Positions 31,232 to 40,764 of a stretch of 64,000 nt of DNA are shown in pieces. Each line of letters opens with the position of its first letter. The first letter of the stretch is position 1. The stretch spans positions 736,001-800,000 of the forward strand of contig CAWDOD010000002.1 of the NCBI GenBank assembly GCA_963803805.1. The letters run 5' to 3'. A program made the translations under genes and the position numbers. The notes beneath the pieces were generated by a model that saw nothing but the letters and a program-made list of their open reading frames with translations, was not told the DNA's origin and ran no database searches. Source of the stretch: an uncultured cyanobacterium. GTDB lineage: Bacteria > Cyanobacteriota > Cyanobacteriia > Cyanobacteriales > CAWCAG01.

Positions 31232-34200
31232 TTGAGGGGGCGCTACAGTAAAAGTATTGAGTCAATAATAGAAATTATGCTCATAGAATCTATTATCAGC
31301 GCCTTAACAACCATTGTTAATCCCAGTGAAATCATCAAGGATGAACTGAAACGTAATGAGACAGTTATCAAACTCCTCAAGAGGTTTCACCTTGATCCTG
31401 AACAACCACCCAAGGAGTTTGCCGCAGTTTATGGCTATGCTTTGGTGGAGTATGGTGTGGGGAAATCGCCAACTATTTTAAATGTCTTTCGGCAACAGGA
31501 AATTAAGAAAGTCTTTAAACAAGCTTTTGAAAGTAATCAACCTTCCCGATTATTTCAGGAAGTAGCCAACTTTCTGACTGACCATTCATTAGGGCAACGG
31601 CTAAGGGAAGAAAATGTTGATTGGCAGCGAGAATTATCTGAATTTGCTGGTATTTTCCTGGCAGTAGTAAAGCGTACTCGCACCCCCGCAGAAGTGTTAG
31701 CTAGTCAGCAATTGGGTTCTCTACACAAGACTTTGACTAGTTTACAGCAAGCCTTGGCTAATTTGCCTACTACCGAGAGTATGCAGCGAGAAATTATTAA
31801 ATTGATATCTCAAGGTTATCCTGCTTTGCAACCAGCAAATAAGAAGCCATGTCAAGCTGCTGAGTTGGGGCAGCAATTGCTGGATTGGTTTGAGACTTTG
31901 GGTTATGGGTTTGAAGGTTATCAGGTGTGGGCAGAGGAATATTTTGCCACTATTATCAATGTTCGTGTGTGGAGGAAAAATTATCGTCGCATTTTGGTGA
32001 GGGGGATTGCGGGAGAGGTAGGGCTTAAAGATGTTAGGGCTTTACAAGAAGCGGTGAGTAGCCATAATACCCAGGAAGGTTGGCTAGTTTCTGCTAGACG
32101 AGTGAGTCAAGCAGCCCGTAAAGCCATGGAAAAAGGGGAGAATAGTCACTTAGTTTGCTGTACTTTTGATGAATTGTTAGATGAAGATGCTGATTTTACT
32201 ACTTATTTAGACTGGTTAGCAGAAGAGGTACAACGGCGTAGTATTGACCGTTTTTATGTTCCTTTGGGTTGCAGGAAAGAAGAAGTTGATCCGGAGACGA
32301 AACAGAGATTGGGAGTTAGTTCCTATGGGGAAGAAGATGGTTGGATTGAGGGTTATGTTGATTTGTGGTTAAGTGATCCGGCGAAGGAACACCTTTCGGT
32401 GTTAGGGGAGTTTGGTACAGGAAAAACTTGGTTCGCGTTGCATTATGCTTGGGTTGCTTTACAGAAATATCAAGAAGCGAAAGGAAAAGGTTTACCTCGT
32501 CCCCGTTTGCCTTTGGTTATTTCTTTGCGGGATTATGCTACGGCTGTGAGTGTAGAGTCTTTATTTTCGGAGTTCTTTTTTCGTAAATACGAAATACCTA
32601 TCCCCGGCTACAGTGCCTTTGAACAACTGAACCGCATGGGCAAATTGTTGCTGATTTTTGATGGTTTTGATGAAATGGCCGCCAGGGTAGATCGGCAAAA
32701 GATGATTAATAACTTTTGGGAATTGGCTAAGGTGGTTGTTCCCGGTGCGAAAGTTATTCTTACCTGTCGTACCGAACATTTCCCTGAAGCGAAACAGGGT
32801 AGGGCTTTGCTTAATGCGGAGTTACGTTCTTCTGTGGCTAACTTAACAGCAGAATCTCCCCAATTTGAGGTTTTAGAATTAAATAAGTTTGATGATGAAC
32901 AGATTCGCCAGGTGTTTTCTTTTCAGGCAGAAGAGGCTACGGTGGAAAGGATTATGGGTAATCAGCAACTGCTGGATTTAGCCCGTCGTCCGGTGATGAC
33001 GGATTTGATTTTGGAGGCTTTGCCGGAGATTGAGGAGGGAAAACCTGTGGATATGTCTAGGGTTTATCTCTATGCGGTGCGGCGGAAGATGGAGAGGGAT
33101 ATAAAATCAGAAAGGACTTTTACTTCTTTGGCAGATAAAATGTATTTCCTCTGTGAGTTGGCTTGGGAGATGCTTTCTACTGACCAAATGAGTCTTAATT
33201 ATCGCCTCTTTCCAGAGAGGATTAGGCGCTTGTTTGGGACTACGGTACAGGAGGAGAAGGATTTAGACCACTGGCATTACGACATGATGGGGCAAACTAT
33301 GTTGGTGCGAAACTCTGAGGGGAATTACAGCCCTGCCCATCGTTCTTTATTAGAGTTTTTTGTTGCTTATAAGTTGGCAGCAGAGTTGGGAGTTTTGGCG
33401 GAGGATTTTTTAGATGTGGTGCGGCAGCAGTCAGATTTAGATGAGGGAGTTGCAGCCCAGAGTTATGGTTGGTTTGAGTATTTTCAGCGTCGGAGGAATA
33501 GTGCGGGGGAGATTGTTCCTATTGCTGGGTTGAAAGAGTTTCGTTGTGAGTCTTTGGGGCGTTTGAGAGGAAGTTTAGGACAGAGGCCCCTGGCTAAGGC
33601 AGTTTGGGATTTGTTAGTGCCGATGGTGGATAAGGAGAAAGTGGGGAGGTTATTGGATGTGGTAGAAGGTACGCGGGGCAAGACGGAGGAGGAGGTTGGT
33701 TATGTTGGGGGGAATGCAGCGACGCTTTTGGTTAAGGTTGATAATGGGGCGATTGAAGGTAAAGATTTGAGTGAAACTGTAGTTATTGGAGGGGACTTTG
33801 TTAATGCAAGCTTGCGTGATGTAAATTTTGCGAAAGCAAATCTAGCTAATTCTATTTTTCCAAAAACATTAGGTGCGATTTTAAGTATCGCTTTTAGTCC
33901 CGATGGTAAACTTTTAGCTACAGGTGATGCTAATTGTAATGTTGTTCTTTGGGAGGTTGCTACAGGTAAACAAATCTTACTTTGTCAAGATCACAATGAT
34001 TGGGTAAGTTCAGTGGCTTTTGATTCAACGGGAAAAATTGCTGTTAGTGGTAGTTTTGACAACAATATTAAACTCTGGGATTTATTTACTGGCGAATGTT
34101 TAACAACTCTACAAGGTCATACTAACAGAATTCACTCAGTTGCTATCAGTCCTGACAACAAAATTCTAGCTAGTGGTAGTGCTGATTGTACAGTAAGGTT

Positions 34201-35728
34201 ATGGGATCTGGTTACAGGTGCTTGTCTACAAACTTTATCAGAGTATACCAGCATTGTACGTACAGTAGCTTTTAGTCCAGATGGTCAAATGTTAGCCAGT
34301 GGCGGTAGCAATAAACGAATTAAATTTTGGTATTTGCCAGCAAAAGAGTATAGACAAACTTTACAAGGTCACACTGATTTACTCATGACAGTAGCTTTTA
34401 GTCCAGATGGTAGAACTTTAGTTAGTAGCAGCCAAGATGGAACTCTAAAACTATGGAATCTAGAAACTGGAGAATGTATTCAAACATCAGAGGAACATAC
34501 AGATTCGATTAGATGCGTTGCTATTAGTTCTGACAGTAAAACTATCGCCAGTGCAAGCGATGACAACACAGTAAATATCTGGAGTTTGGAAACTGGAGAA
34601 CGTATTCAAACACTAGAGGGACATACAGATTGGGTTAGAGGTGTTACCGTTAGTCCTGACAGTAAAATTATTGCTAGCGGTGGAGAAGATCAAAGCATTA
34701 GATTTTGGAGTAGAAACACTGGAGAATGCCTCAAGATTATACAAGGTCATTCAGGAGGTATTAGAGGAATAGCATTATACCCAGATGGTAAAACAATTAT
34801 TAGTGGTAGTGAAGACAGTGTAGTCAGAATTTGGGATTTTTCTACTGGTAAATGTCTAAAAACTTTGCGTGGACATACCAGTCGTATTAATGATGTAGCT
34901 ATTACTTCAGATGGCAATATTATTGTGACCTGTAGCTATGATAAAACTATTAAGCTATGGGATAAAATAACAGGTAAATGCTTACAAACTTTGCAAGAAC
35001 ATGAGCGACCAGTTAATTCATTAGCACTTAGTTTAGATGGACAACTTTTAGTTAGTGGTAGTGCAGACAAAACTGTTAAGATATGGGATCTCGCAAAAGG
35101 AGAATGTATCAAGACTTTGCAGGAACATGATGATTGGACTTGGTCTGTAGCAATTAGCCCTGATAATCAATTTGTTGTTAGTTGCAGTGATGACCAGACT
35201 GTGAAAATTTGGGAAGTCTCCTCTGGCAAGTGTTTGTATACTTTGCAATTATGTGTCAAGGGTCTGAGGTCAATAGCTTTTAGCAAAGATGGAAAAGCTT
35301 TAGCAATTGGGACTATTGATTCTGTTATAAAAATTCTAAATTTCAAGACACTTACCTGTTTTAGAAATTTAGAAGGGCATAAGAATAGCATTAAATCAGT
35401 AGCATTTAGTCCAGATGACAAAATTCTTGCCAGTAGTGGTGCAGACCGTATAATTAAATTATGGGATATGCAGACAGGAAAATGCCTCCAAACCTTAACA
35501 GGACATACGAACATAGTACAATCAATAACATTTAACATCGACGGCAAAACTCTAATTAGTGGTAGCTACGACGAAACCATCAAAATCTGGGACGTTGAAA
35601 CAGGGCAATGTCTCAAAACCCTCAGCAACAAACCCTACGCCAACATGAACATCACCGGAGTCAAAGGATTAAGCCCAGAACAAATCAACTCCCTCAAGGC
35701 TTTAGGGGCAGTGGAAAGTGGGCAATAG
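31232..35728 (+). CDS. NACHT NTPase with pentapeptide and WD40 repeats; N-terminal Mrr-like segment; start probably ATG 31277
   Basis: Walker A GEFGTGKT, Walker B LIFDGFDEM, pentapeptide stretch, about 14 WD40 repeats, C-terminal PY..MNITGVKGL..Q..SLKALGA. Confidence 0.93.
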   Translation: MRGRYSKSIESIIEIMLIESIISALTTIVNPSEIIKDELKRNETVIKLLKRFHLDPEQPPKEFAAVYGYALVEYGVGKSPTILNVFRQQEIKKVFKQAFESNQPSRLFQEVANFLTDHSLGQRLREENVDWQRELSEFAGIFLAVVKRTRTPAEVLASQQLGSLHKTLTSLQQALANLPTTESMQREIIKLISQGYPALQPANKKPCQAAELGQQLLDWFETLGYGFEGYQVWAEEYFATIINVRVWRKNYRRILVRGIAGEVGLKDVRALQEAVSSHNTQEGWLVSARRVSQAARKAMEKGENSHLVCCTFDELLDEDADFTTYLDWLAEEVQRRSIDRFYVPLGCRKEEVDPETKQRLGVSSYGEEDGWIEGYVDLWLSDPAKEHLSVLGEFGTGKTWFALHYAWVALQKYQEAKGKGLPRPRLPLVISLRDYATAVSVESLFSEFFFRKYEIPIPGYSAFEQLNRMGKLLLIFDGFDEMAARVDRQKMINNFWELAKVVVPGAKVILTCRTEHFPEAKQGRALLNAELRSSVANLTAESPQFEVLELNKFDDEQIRQVFSFQAEEATVERIMGNQQLLDLARRPVMTDLILEALPEIEEGKPVDMSRVYLYAVRRKMERDIKSERTFTSLADKMYFLCELAWEMLSTDQMSLNYRLFPERIRRLFGTTVQEEKDLDHWHYDMMGQTMLVRNSEGNYSPAHRSLLEFFVAYKLAAELGVLAEDFLDVVRQQSDLDEGVAAQSYGWFEYFQRRRNSAGEIVPIAGLKEFRCESLGRLRGSLGQRPLAKAVWDLLVPMVDKEKVGRLLDVVEGTRGKTEEEVGYVGGNAATLLVKVDNGAIEGKDLSETVVIGGDFVNASLRDVNFAKANLANSIFPKTLGAILSIAFSPDGKLLATGDANCNVVLWEVATGKQILLCQDHNDWVSSVAFDSTGKIAVSGSFDNNIKLWDLFTGECLTTLQGHTNRIHSVAISPDNKILASGSADCTVRLWDLVTGACLQTLSEYTSIVRTVAFSPDGQMLASGGSNKRIKFWYLPAKEYRQTLQGHTDLLMTVAFSPDGRTLVSSSQDGTLKLWNLETGECIQTSEEHTDSIRCVAISSDSKTIASASDDNTVNIWSLETGERIQTLEGHTDWVRGVTVSPDSKIIASGGEDQSIRFWSRNTGECLKIIQGHSGGIRGIALYPDGKTIISGSEDSVVRIWDFSTGKCLKTLRGHTSRINDVAITSDGNIIVTCSYDKTIKLWDKITGKCLQTLQEHERPVNSLALSLDGQLLVSGSADKTVKIWDLAKGECIKTLQEHDDWTWSVAISPDNQFVVSCSDDQTVKIWEVSSGKCLYTLQLCVKGLRSIAFSKDGKALAIGTIDSVIKILNFKTLTCFRNLEGHKNSIKSVAFSPDDKILASSGADRIIKLWDMQTGKCLQTLTGHTNIVQSITFNIDGKTLISGSYDETIKIWDVETGQCLKTLSNKPYANMNITGVKGLSPEQINSLKALGAVESGQ

Positions 35729-35814
35729 GTAATAGGCACTCTTGCAATAGTATTATTACTTTTTGCACCCTCAGCTTTACTTAGTCTGATTATCCGGATT
35801 TGATATCATTGATT

Positions 35815-36007
35815 AGTCATCTTCAGATGACTTTTGCTATTAGCCTGAAATTTATTTCTAGGCGAGATGAAATCTCAAAACAGGAGAATGCTTCAAAACT
35901 CTCAGCAACAAATCCTACACCAATGTGAACATCACCAGAGTTAAGACTTAGAAACCGCTAGGGATTAAAATCCCCAGCTTACAGCTTAAGTCATCTCAAA
36001 GATGACT
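35815..36007. repeat. Inverted pair of REP-like elements flanking a decayed copy of the WD40 gene 3' end
   Basis: AGTCATCT-N2/3-AGATGACT hairpins at 35815-35832 and 35989-36007 within oppositely oriented elements. Confidence 0.65.
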
Positions 36008-36053
36008 CGGAGTCCTTAGACTTCTCACTTGGAGTCTAAACATTGATGAATAG

Positions 36054-36140
36054 GTAGGTTGGGTAGAGCGATTGCAACACCCAACGCACTCGCTCTCACG
36101 CCTTGCTGCTGTTGGATTTTCTCCGTCAATCCAATCTACA
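36054..36140. repeat. Degenerate REP doublet (GTAGGTTGGG...CCAATCTAC)
   Basis: gtaggttgggtaga..cccaac .. tgttggat..tcaatccaatctac; a related half-element lies at about 61375-61407. Confidence 0.6.
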
Positions 36141-36633
36141 GTTCATGACTTTTGATCTAGATTTGAGATTAGTTACTGAGGATTTTTGTAGCCCATAAAT
36201 AAGCAAGAAATTATTTTACTAATTCTCTTGGTACTATCTTCTTGACATGATATATTTGATAATGGGGAATATATATTTTCATTCAAAAAATTGCAAATAT
36301 TCCCATTATCTAAAATAATTATACTACGTCAAGGGAAAATAAAAATTGAATTTAGAAAAAGATTTTTTTCGTAATATTTGGAAATGTTTAAATTAGCGAT
36401 CGCAAGCCTTCTACTTCGACTGCCATCCTCCTCAAACATTAGTAGAAAGAGGCTATTGCCTTAAAAATAGTACAAAGTTAGGGTAATCCCTCAACTTAAC
36501 TTCCTACCCCTAACCACTCAAACAACCCAACAGAATAGCATTGCGGCTTAAATGTAGCCAATTTGCCTTGGGGAACATACCTCTATTTACCTTAAGTATG
36601 TACAGTTAATCAACCTTAAAGAGGTATTCAACA

Positions 36634-36789
36634 ATGCTAACCAACCAAAAATCCAGCGTTTGTTTCCCTAAAGCTAGTGTTTGCTTTCCCCAAGCTAGCG
36701 TATGTTTCCCTCAACAAAGCTCTACTAATCAAGCACGTCCGACTGTTTCTCTGGTTCTAGAAGACTTGTCTAAGAGCTTGAAGCGTTAA
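36634..36789 (+). CDS. 51-aa peptide with three SVCFP repeats (candidate precursor peptide); absent from the ORF track
   Basis: MLTNQKSSVCFPKASVCFPQASVCFPQQSSTNQARPTVSLVLEDLSKSLKR; AAGAGG RBS ending 9 nt before ATG; repeats differ synonymously. Confidence 0.8.
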   Translation: MLTNQKSSVCFPKASVCFPQASVCFPQQSSTNQARPTVSLVLEDLSKSLKR

Positions 36790-36814
36790 TAACTTTATTG
36801 CGGCTTATTTATAT

Positions 36815-36844
36815 TGTAGGGGCAAGGGGCCCCTTGCCCCTACA
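36815..36844. repeat. Perfect 30-bp palindrome (GTAG-type REP / mRNA stem-loop)
   Basis: TGTAGGGGCAAGGGG|CCCCTTGCCCCTACA. Confidence 0.85.
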
Positions 36845-36918
36845 GAACTGGCTATTGCCACGAAATGGAGAAAAAGGACGCTACATATCATTCCCTCATC
36901 CTATCAGGAGGTTAAATA

Positions 36919-37734
36919 GTGAAAAACCCTGCTGGTTCCTACGGTTTTGAATCCTTAGAAACAAGCGCCCAGGAACAAGAAATATGGCGATTAAAGAATC
37001 AAGCAAACACTATTGTTCCTCCTCAAAGCGCTTTTTTGCAACAACTAGGGATTAAACCAGGGATGAAAGTACTAGATCTTGCTTGTGGCTCTGGTGTGAA
37101 TAGTTGCCAAATTGCTAAATTCGTCACTCCAGGAAAAGTAATTGGCGTGGATCTCAGTAAGTCAATTTTGGCTAAAGCAGAACTTATCAAAGCCAGGCAA
37201 GGTATTAATAACGTCGAATTCTACCAAGGAGATGCCTATCAACTTGACTTTCCCGAAGCATCATTTGACTTTGTTTATGTTCGGCTTTTGTTTCAACATC
37301 TTACCCATCCCCTCGAAGTACTCAAAAATATTCATCGAGTTTTGAAACCAGGGGGACTCTTGTGCGTATTAGATATTGATGAAGGTTGGGCAACCCTCTA
37401 TCCTGAACCAGAGTCTTTTACTTTGTATCGCCAAAGTTTTGCTAAAATGCAAAAAAAACTAGGCGGTGACACCTTTGTGGGGCGTAAGCTTGGTAGCTAT
37501 TTACAAAAAACAGCATTAGTCGAGGTAAAAACTCATGTAGAAATTATCTCCAGCGACGATATTGGCTTAGATAATTTTCTTAATCTCCTTTCTTTTGGTA
37601 CTCCTTATAACTCTCAACAAAAATATTTAGCAGAAGTAGCTACTCAAGCAAAAGAAGATGCCTATGCTTTATTGCTTATTCCCTACGCTTGGGCTGGGTT
37701 AGGAATTTTTGTGGTTACTGGACGTAAAGTTTAG
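36919..37734 (+). CDS. Class I SAM-dependent methyltransferase
   Basis: Motif I VLDLACGSG, GVDLS, GDAYQL, SFDFVY, VLKPGG; AGGAG RBS before GTG start. Confidence 0.92.
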   Translation: MKNPAGSYGFESLETSAQEQEIWRLKNQANTIVPPQSAFLQQLGIKPGMKVLDLACGSGVNSCQIAKFVTPGKVIGVDLSKSILAKAELIKARQGINNVEFYQGDAYQLDFPEASFDFVYVRLLFQHLTHPLEVLKNIHRVLKPGGLLCVLDIDEGWATLYPEPESFTLYRQSFAKMQKKLGGDTFVGRKLGSYLQKTALVEVKTHVEIISSDDIGLDNFLNLLSFGTPYNSQQKYLAEVATQAKEDAYALLLIPYAWAGLGIFVVTGRKV

Positions 37735-37766
37735 GTGAATTTGAATAGTTTATTCCTTGAATTTAA

Positions 37767-37797
37767 AAAGGACATCTTGGGAGGTGAGATGTCCTTT
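37767..37797. terminator. Probable bidirectional intrinsic terminator between convergent methyltransferase and psbK
   Basis: AAAGGACATCT-N9-AGATGTCCTTT stem. Confidence 0.65.
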
Positions 37798-37820
37798 AAA
37801 CAGATTTGCAAATTGAAAAT

Positions 37821-37958
37821 TTACTTGAATCCGACTGCTGCTTGCCAAACAAAGGCAAGTAAAAGAAAAAAGAGAGGAATAATTGGTAAAACATCCACTA
37901 AAGGATCGAAAAGAGAATAAGCTTCGGGTAATTTCGCCAATAGCATTGCTACTTCCAT
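37821..37958 (-). CDS. psbK: Photosystem II reaction center protein K; absent from the ORF track
   Basis: [45 protein letters not shown]; downstream of tgt. Confidence 0.97.
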   Translation of the reverse strand: MEVAMLLAKLPEAYSLFDPLVDVLPIIPLFFLLLAFVWQAAVGFK

Positions 37959-38085
37959 ATTATTTTTTTACCTTCCTAAGACAATTTTTAATCATATTTA
38001 AGGAAAATTTTAACATGAGTTGGTTGGCCGCTTCGCGGTAAGTCAAAAGGCAAAAATCAAAAGTCAAAAGTCAAAGAATTGTTTC

Positions 38086-39198
38086 CTAATCCTCTATACC
38101 CTTTAGCCAATTGCCAAAATCCTCTACAAAACTGCCAGCAATGATCGCTCTTCTGATATCTTCGGTGAAGCGGATTAATTCTCTAACGTTGTGTAAAGAC
38201 AGTAAAATATAACCCAACATTTCCCGCGATCGCACTAGATGATTAAGGTAGGCGCGGGAGAAAGTCTGGCAAGTGTAACAGCTACAAAGGGAATCTAGGG
38301 GAGTAAAATCTTCTCGAAAGCAAGCATTTTTGAGATTCAAACGTTTTCCCCTTACCAAAGCCGTACCATGACGGCCAAAACGTGTGGGAATAACGCAATC
38401 AAACATATCAATTCCGGAAGCAATTCCCTGCACCATTTCTCGATATGTACCTACCCCCATTAAATATCTTGGCTTATGGTCAGGCAAAAGGGGAGCCGTT
38501 GAGCGTACAATCTCATTAATAAGTTCTGGAGGTTCCCCTACACTTACCCCTCCTATAGCATAACCAGGCAAGTCTAGATCTGCTAAATCCTGAGCTGCCT
38601 TTTGGCGCAAATCAGTATAAACTCCCCCTTGTACAATGGCGAATAAAGCCTGTTCCTGGGGGCGTTGGTGGGCTTGGATAGAACGTTTTAACCAACGATA
38701 GGTACGTTCAGTAGCTGCAACCACCTCAGAACGCTCAGCAGGGTAAGGGGGGCATTCATCGAAGGCCATGATAATATCCGCACCAAGGGCATTCTGAATC
38801 TGAATAGAACTTTCTGGAGTGAAGTTAATTATTCTGCCATCTCTAGGAGAGCGAAATTCAACTCCTTGTTCAGTTATTTTCCGTAGTTTGCTAAGACTAA
38901 ATACTTGAAAGCCACCAGAATCAGTTAAAATCGGTTGCCGCCAACCCATGAAGTTGTGGAGTCCCCCCGCTGCTGTGATAATTTTTTCTCCTGGTTGGAG
39001 ATGTAGATGATAAGTATTAGCTAAAATAGTTTGAGCCTGACAATCTTCTAACTGCGCCGGAGTCAAGCCTTTAACTGTTGCCAAGGTTCCCACAGGCATA
39101 AATTTAGGAGTTTCCATGTTGCCATGAGGAGTATGCAACACTCCAGCCCTAGCCTGGGTTTGATGACAATGCCCTTGATGCTGAAAAGAAAATCCCAC
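38086..39198 (-). CDS. tgt: Queuine tRNA-ribosyltransferase
   Basis: [31 protein letters not shown], CxCxxC zinc site. Confidence 0.97.
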   Translation of the reverse strand: MGFSFQHQGHCHQTQARAGVLHTPHGNMETPKFMPVGTLATVKGLTPAQLEDCQAQTILANTYHLHLQPGEKIITAAGGLHNFMGWRQPILTDSGGFQVFSLSKLRKITEQGVEFRSPRDGRIINFTPESSIQIQNALGADIIMAFDECPPYPAERSEVVAATERTYRWLKRSIQAHQRPQEQALFAIVQGGVYTDLRQKAAQDLADLDLPGYAIGGVSVGEPPELINEIVRSTAPLLPDHKPRYLMGVGTYREMVQGIASGIDMFDCVIPTRFGRHGTALVRGKRLNLKNACFREDFTPLDSLCSCYTCQTFSRAYLNHLVRSREMLGYILLSLHNVRELIRFTEDIRRAIIAGSFVEDFGNWLKGIED

Positions 39199-39239
39199 TA
39201 ATTAAATTGCTATCATCATAAATTTGCAAGTTGCAAGTG

Positions 39240-39689
39240 CTAAAAAGGGCAATCATCCTCATCAATCTGCACATCCCATTTAGCAGAGAGAACTTGAGCT
39301 ACCATCGCTTCTAAAGCGTCTACATCAAAATTTTTATTAACTTGCTCTTCTAAGGGACTAGACAGAGGAATTAGCCGCAACTGGCGATTCTCTTGAATTA
39401 GATCAAAGTAAGCTTCTCTATTTTCAGAGCAATGTAATTGTAAATAATCAAAACTTTGTACATTAAGATGAAGAGAGCCATTGGCAATTAAGGTAGATTG
39501 GTGAGGATCGCTAAATATCTCCACCACAAAACCTTCATTTTCAACTTGTAATTTCTCTTCTAAAGTGTGAATATATTTGACACGACCAAGGTTAGTAAGA
39601 AGACGACGCATATCGTCCTTATTAACAATAATGCCGTTATCAACAATACAAGGAGCTGGTAATTGGTGTATGGATTGTTCGTGACTCAT
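39240..39689 (-). CDS. Conserved cyanobacterial hypothetical protein
   Basis: 149-aa ORF, co-oriented upstream of tgt. Confidence 0.7.
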   Translation of the reverse strand: MSHEQSIHQLPAPCIVDNGIIVNKDDMRRLLTNLGRVKYIHTLEEKLQVENEGFVVEIFSDPHQSTLIANGSLHLNVQSFDYLQLHCSENREAYFDLIQENRQLRLIPLSSPLEEQVNKNFDVDALEAMVAQVLSAKWDVQIDEDDCPF

Positions 39690-39960
39690 AGGGAAAAGCC
39701 TGTGATGCTTTTGGGGTGTCTAGATTGCAACGCTATTGTTAAGGGAAATTAAGGTGATTAACCTAATTTGTTGCTGATTAACCGAAGCAATAACTGTCAA
39801 GAAAACGACTTAAAGTGAGTTTAACTCTACCAAGGCAGTTCCAGCAACAAAAGATCAATGGCTTGCTATTTAATTTTAGCTAGACTACTAGACGATCTTA
39901 GCCCAAGTATAGGCTGGTGTTGCCATAAATTTTTGCGACTCATTAAATTTTCGATTAAGA

Positions 39961-40752
39961 ATGAAGCAATTTTTGCATCATGAATCAGTAAAATCAAGCA
40001 AGTACGTCCTCAAGTCCTTTTTGGGAGCGATCGCTTTTTATACTTATATACCGTTACCTTCTCAGTGGAAATTGGAATGGCAAAGGATCGCTCGTTTCGC
40101 TCCCCTAATAGGTATGATGATTGGTGGCTTTCTGGGGTTAATTGATCTGGGTTTAAAGCAATTAGCTATGCCTGAGTTAACTCGCAGCGCTTTAATTGTC
40201 GGTATTTGGATTCTCCTCACAGGGGGCTTACACCTAGATGGGGCGATTGACAGTGCCGATGGTTTAGCAGTGTTGGAACCCAAGGAACGGCTAGAAGCGA
40301 TGCAAGACAGTCGTACAGGTGCTTTTGGGGCAATGGCCGCAGTCATAGTCATACTCTTAAAAACGGCTGCTTTGAGCGAAATAACTAACTATCGTTGGTT
40401 AGCTTTGATGGCTTGTGCTGGGTGGGGGCGTTGGGGACAAGTTTGGGCGATCGCTTACTATGATTATCTTAAACCAGAAGGCAAAGGAGCATTTCACAAA
40501 GAGTCGATACAGCTACCTCAAGACCTACTTTTAGGTTTAATTGCCTTAATAGGTTTAAGCGCGACTCAGCTTTATTTTCATCCCCAAGTTTGGCAGCCAC
40601 CTCTAGTAATAATACTCGGTGGGGCGTTAACTACAATAGCTGTAGCTGCCTGGTTTAAACGCCAACTAGGAGGCCATACAGGGGATAGCTATGGTGCAGT
40701 GGTAGAGTGGACAGAAGCTTTACTAATGTGCCTTTTGACCATGGTGTTCTAA
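39961..40752 (+). CDS. cobS: Adenosylcobinamide-GDP ribazoletransferase (cobalamin synthase)
   Basis: TGGLHLDG..D.ADG, MQDSRTGAFG, GGHTGDSYGA. Confidence 0.95.
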   Translation: MKQFLHHESVKSSKYVLKSFLGAIAFYTYIPLPSQWKLEWQRIARFAPLIGMMIGGFLGLIDLGLKQLAMPELTRSALIVGIWILLTGGLHLDGAIDSADGLAVLEPKERLEAMQDSRTGAFGAMAAVIVILLKTAALSEITNYRWLALMACAGWGRWGQVWAIAYYDYLKPEGKGAFHKESIQLPQDLLLGLIALIGLSATQLYFHPQVWQPPLVIILGGALTTIAVAAWFKRQLGGHTGDSYGAVVEWTEALLMCLLTMVF

Positions 40753-40764
40753 GGATTTACCCAC

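Noticed and set aside
35878-35944. Possible DGR template repeat for the WD40 gene 3' end
   Set aside because: Mismatches are mostly C/T and G/A transitions, not adenine-specific, and no reverse transcriptase is in the window.
36919-37734. Arsenite methyltransferase ArsM or UbiE/MenG
   Set aside because: ArsM-type conserved cysteine motifs and UbiE signature segments are not evident; left as a generic class I methyltransferase.
37735-37920. 61-aa + strand ORF in the track
   Set aside because: Antisense shadow of psbK.
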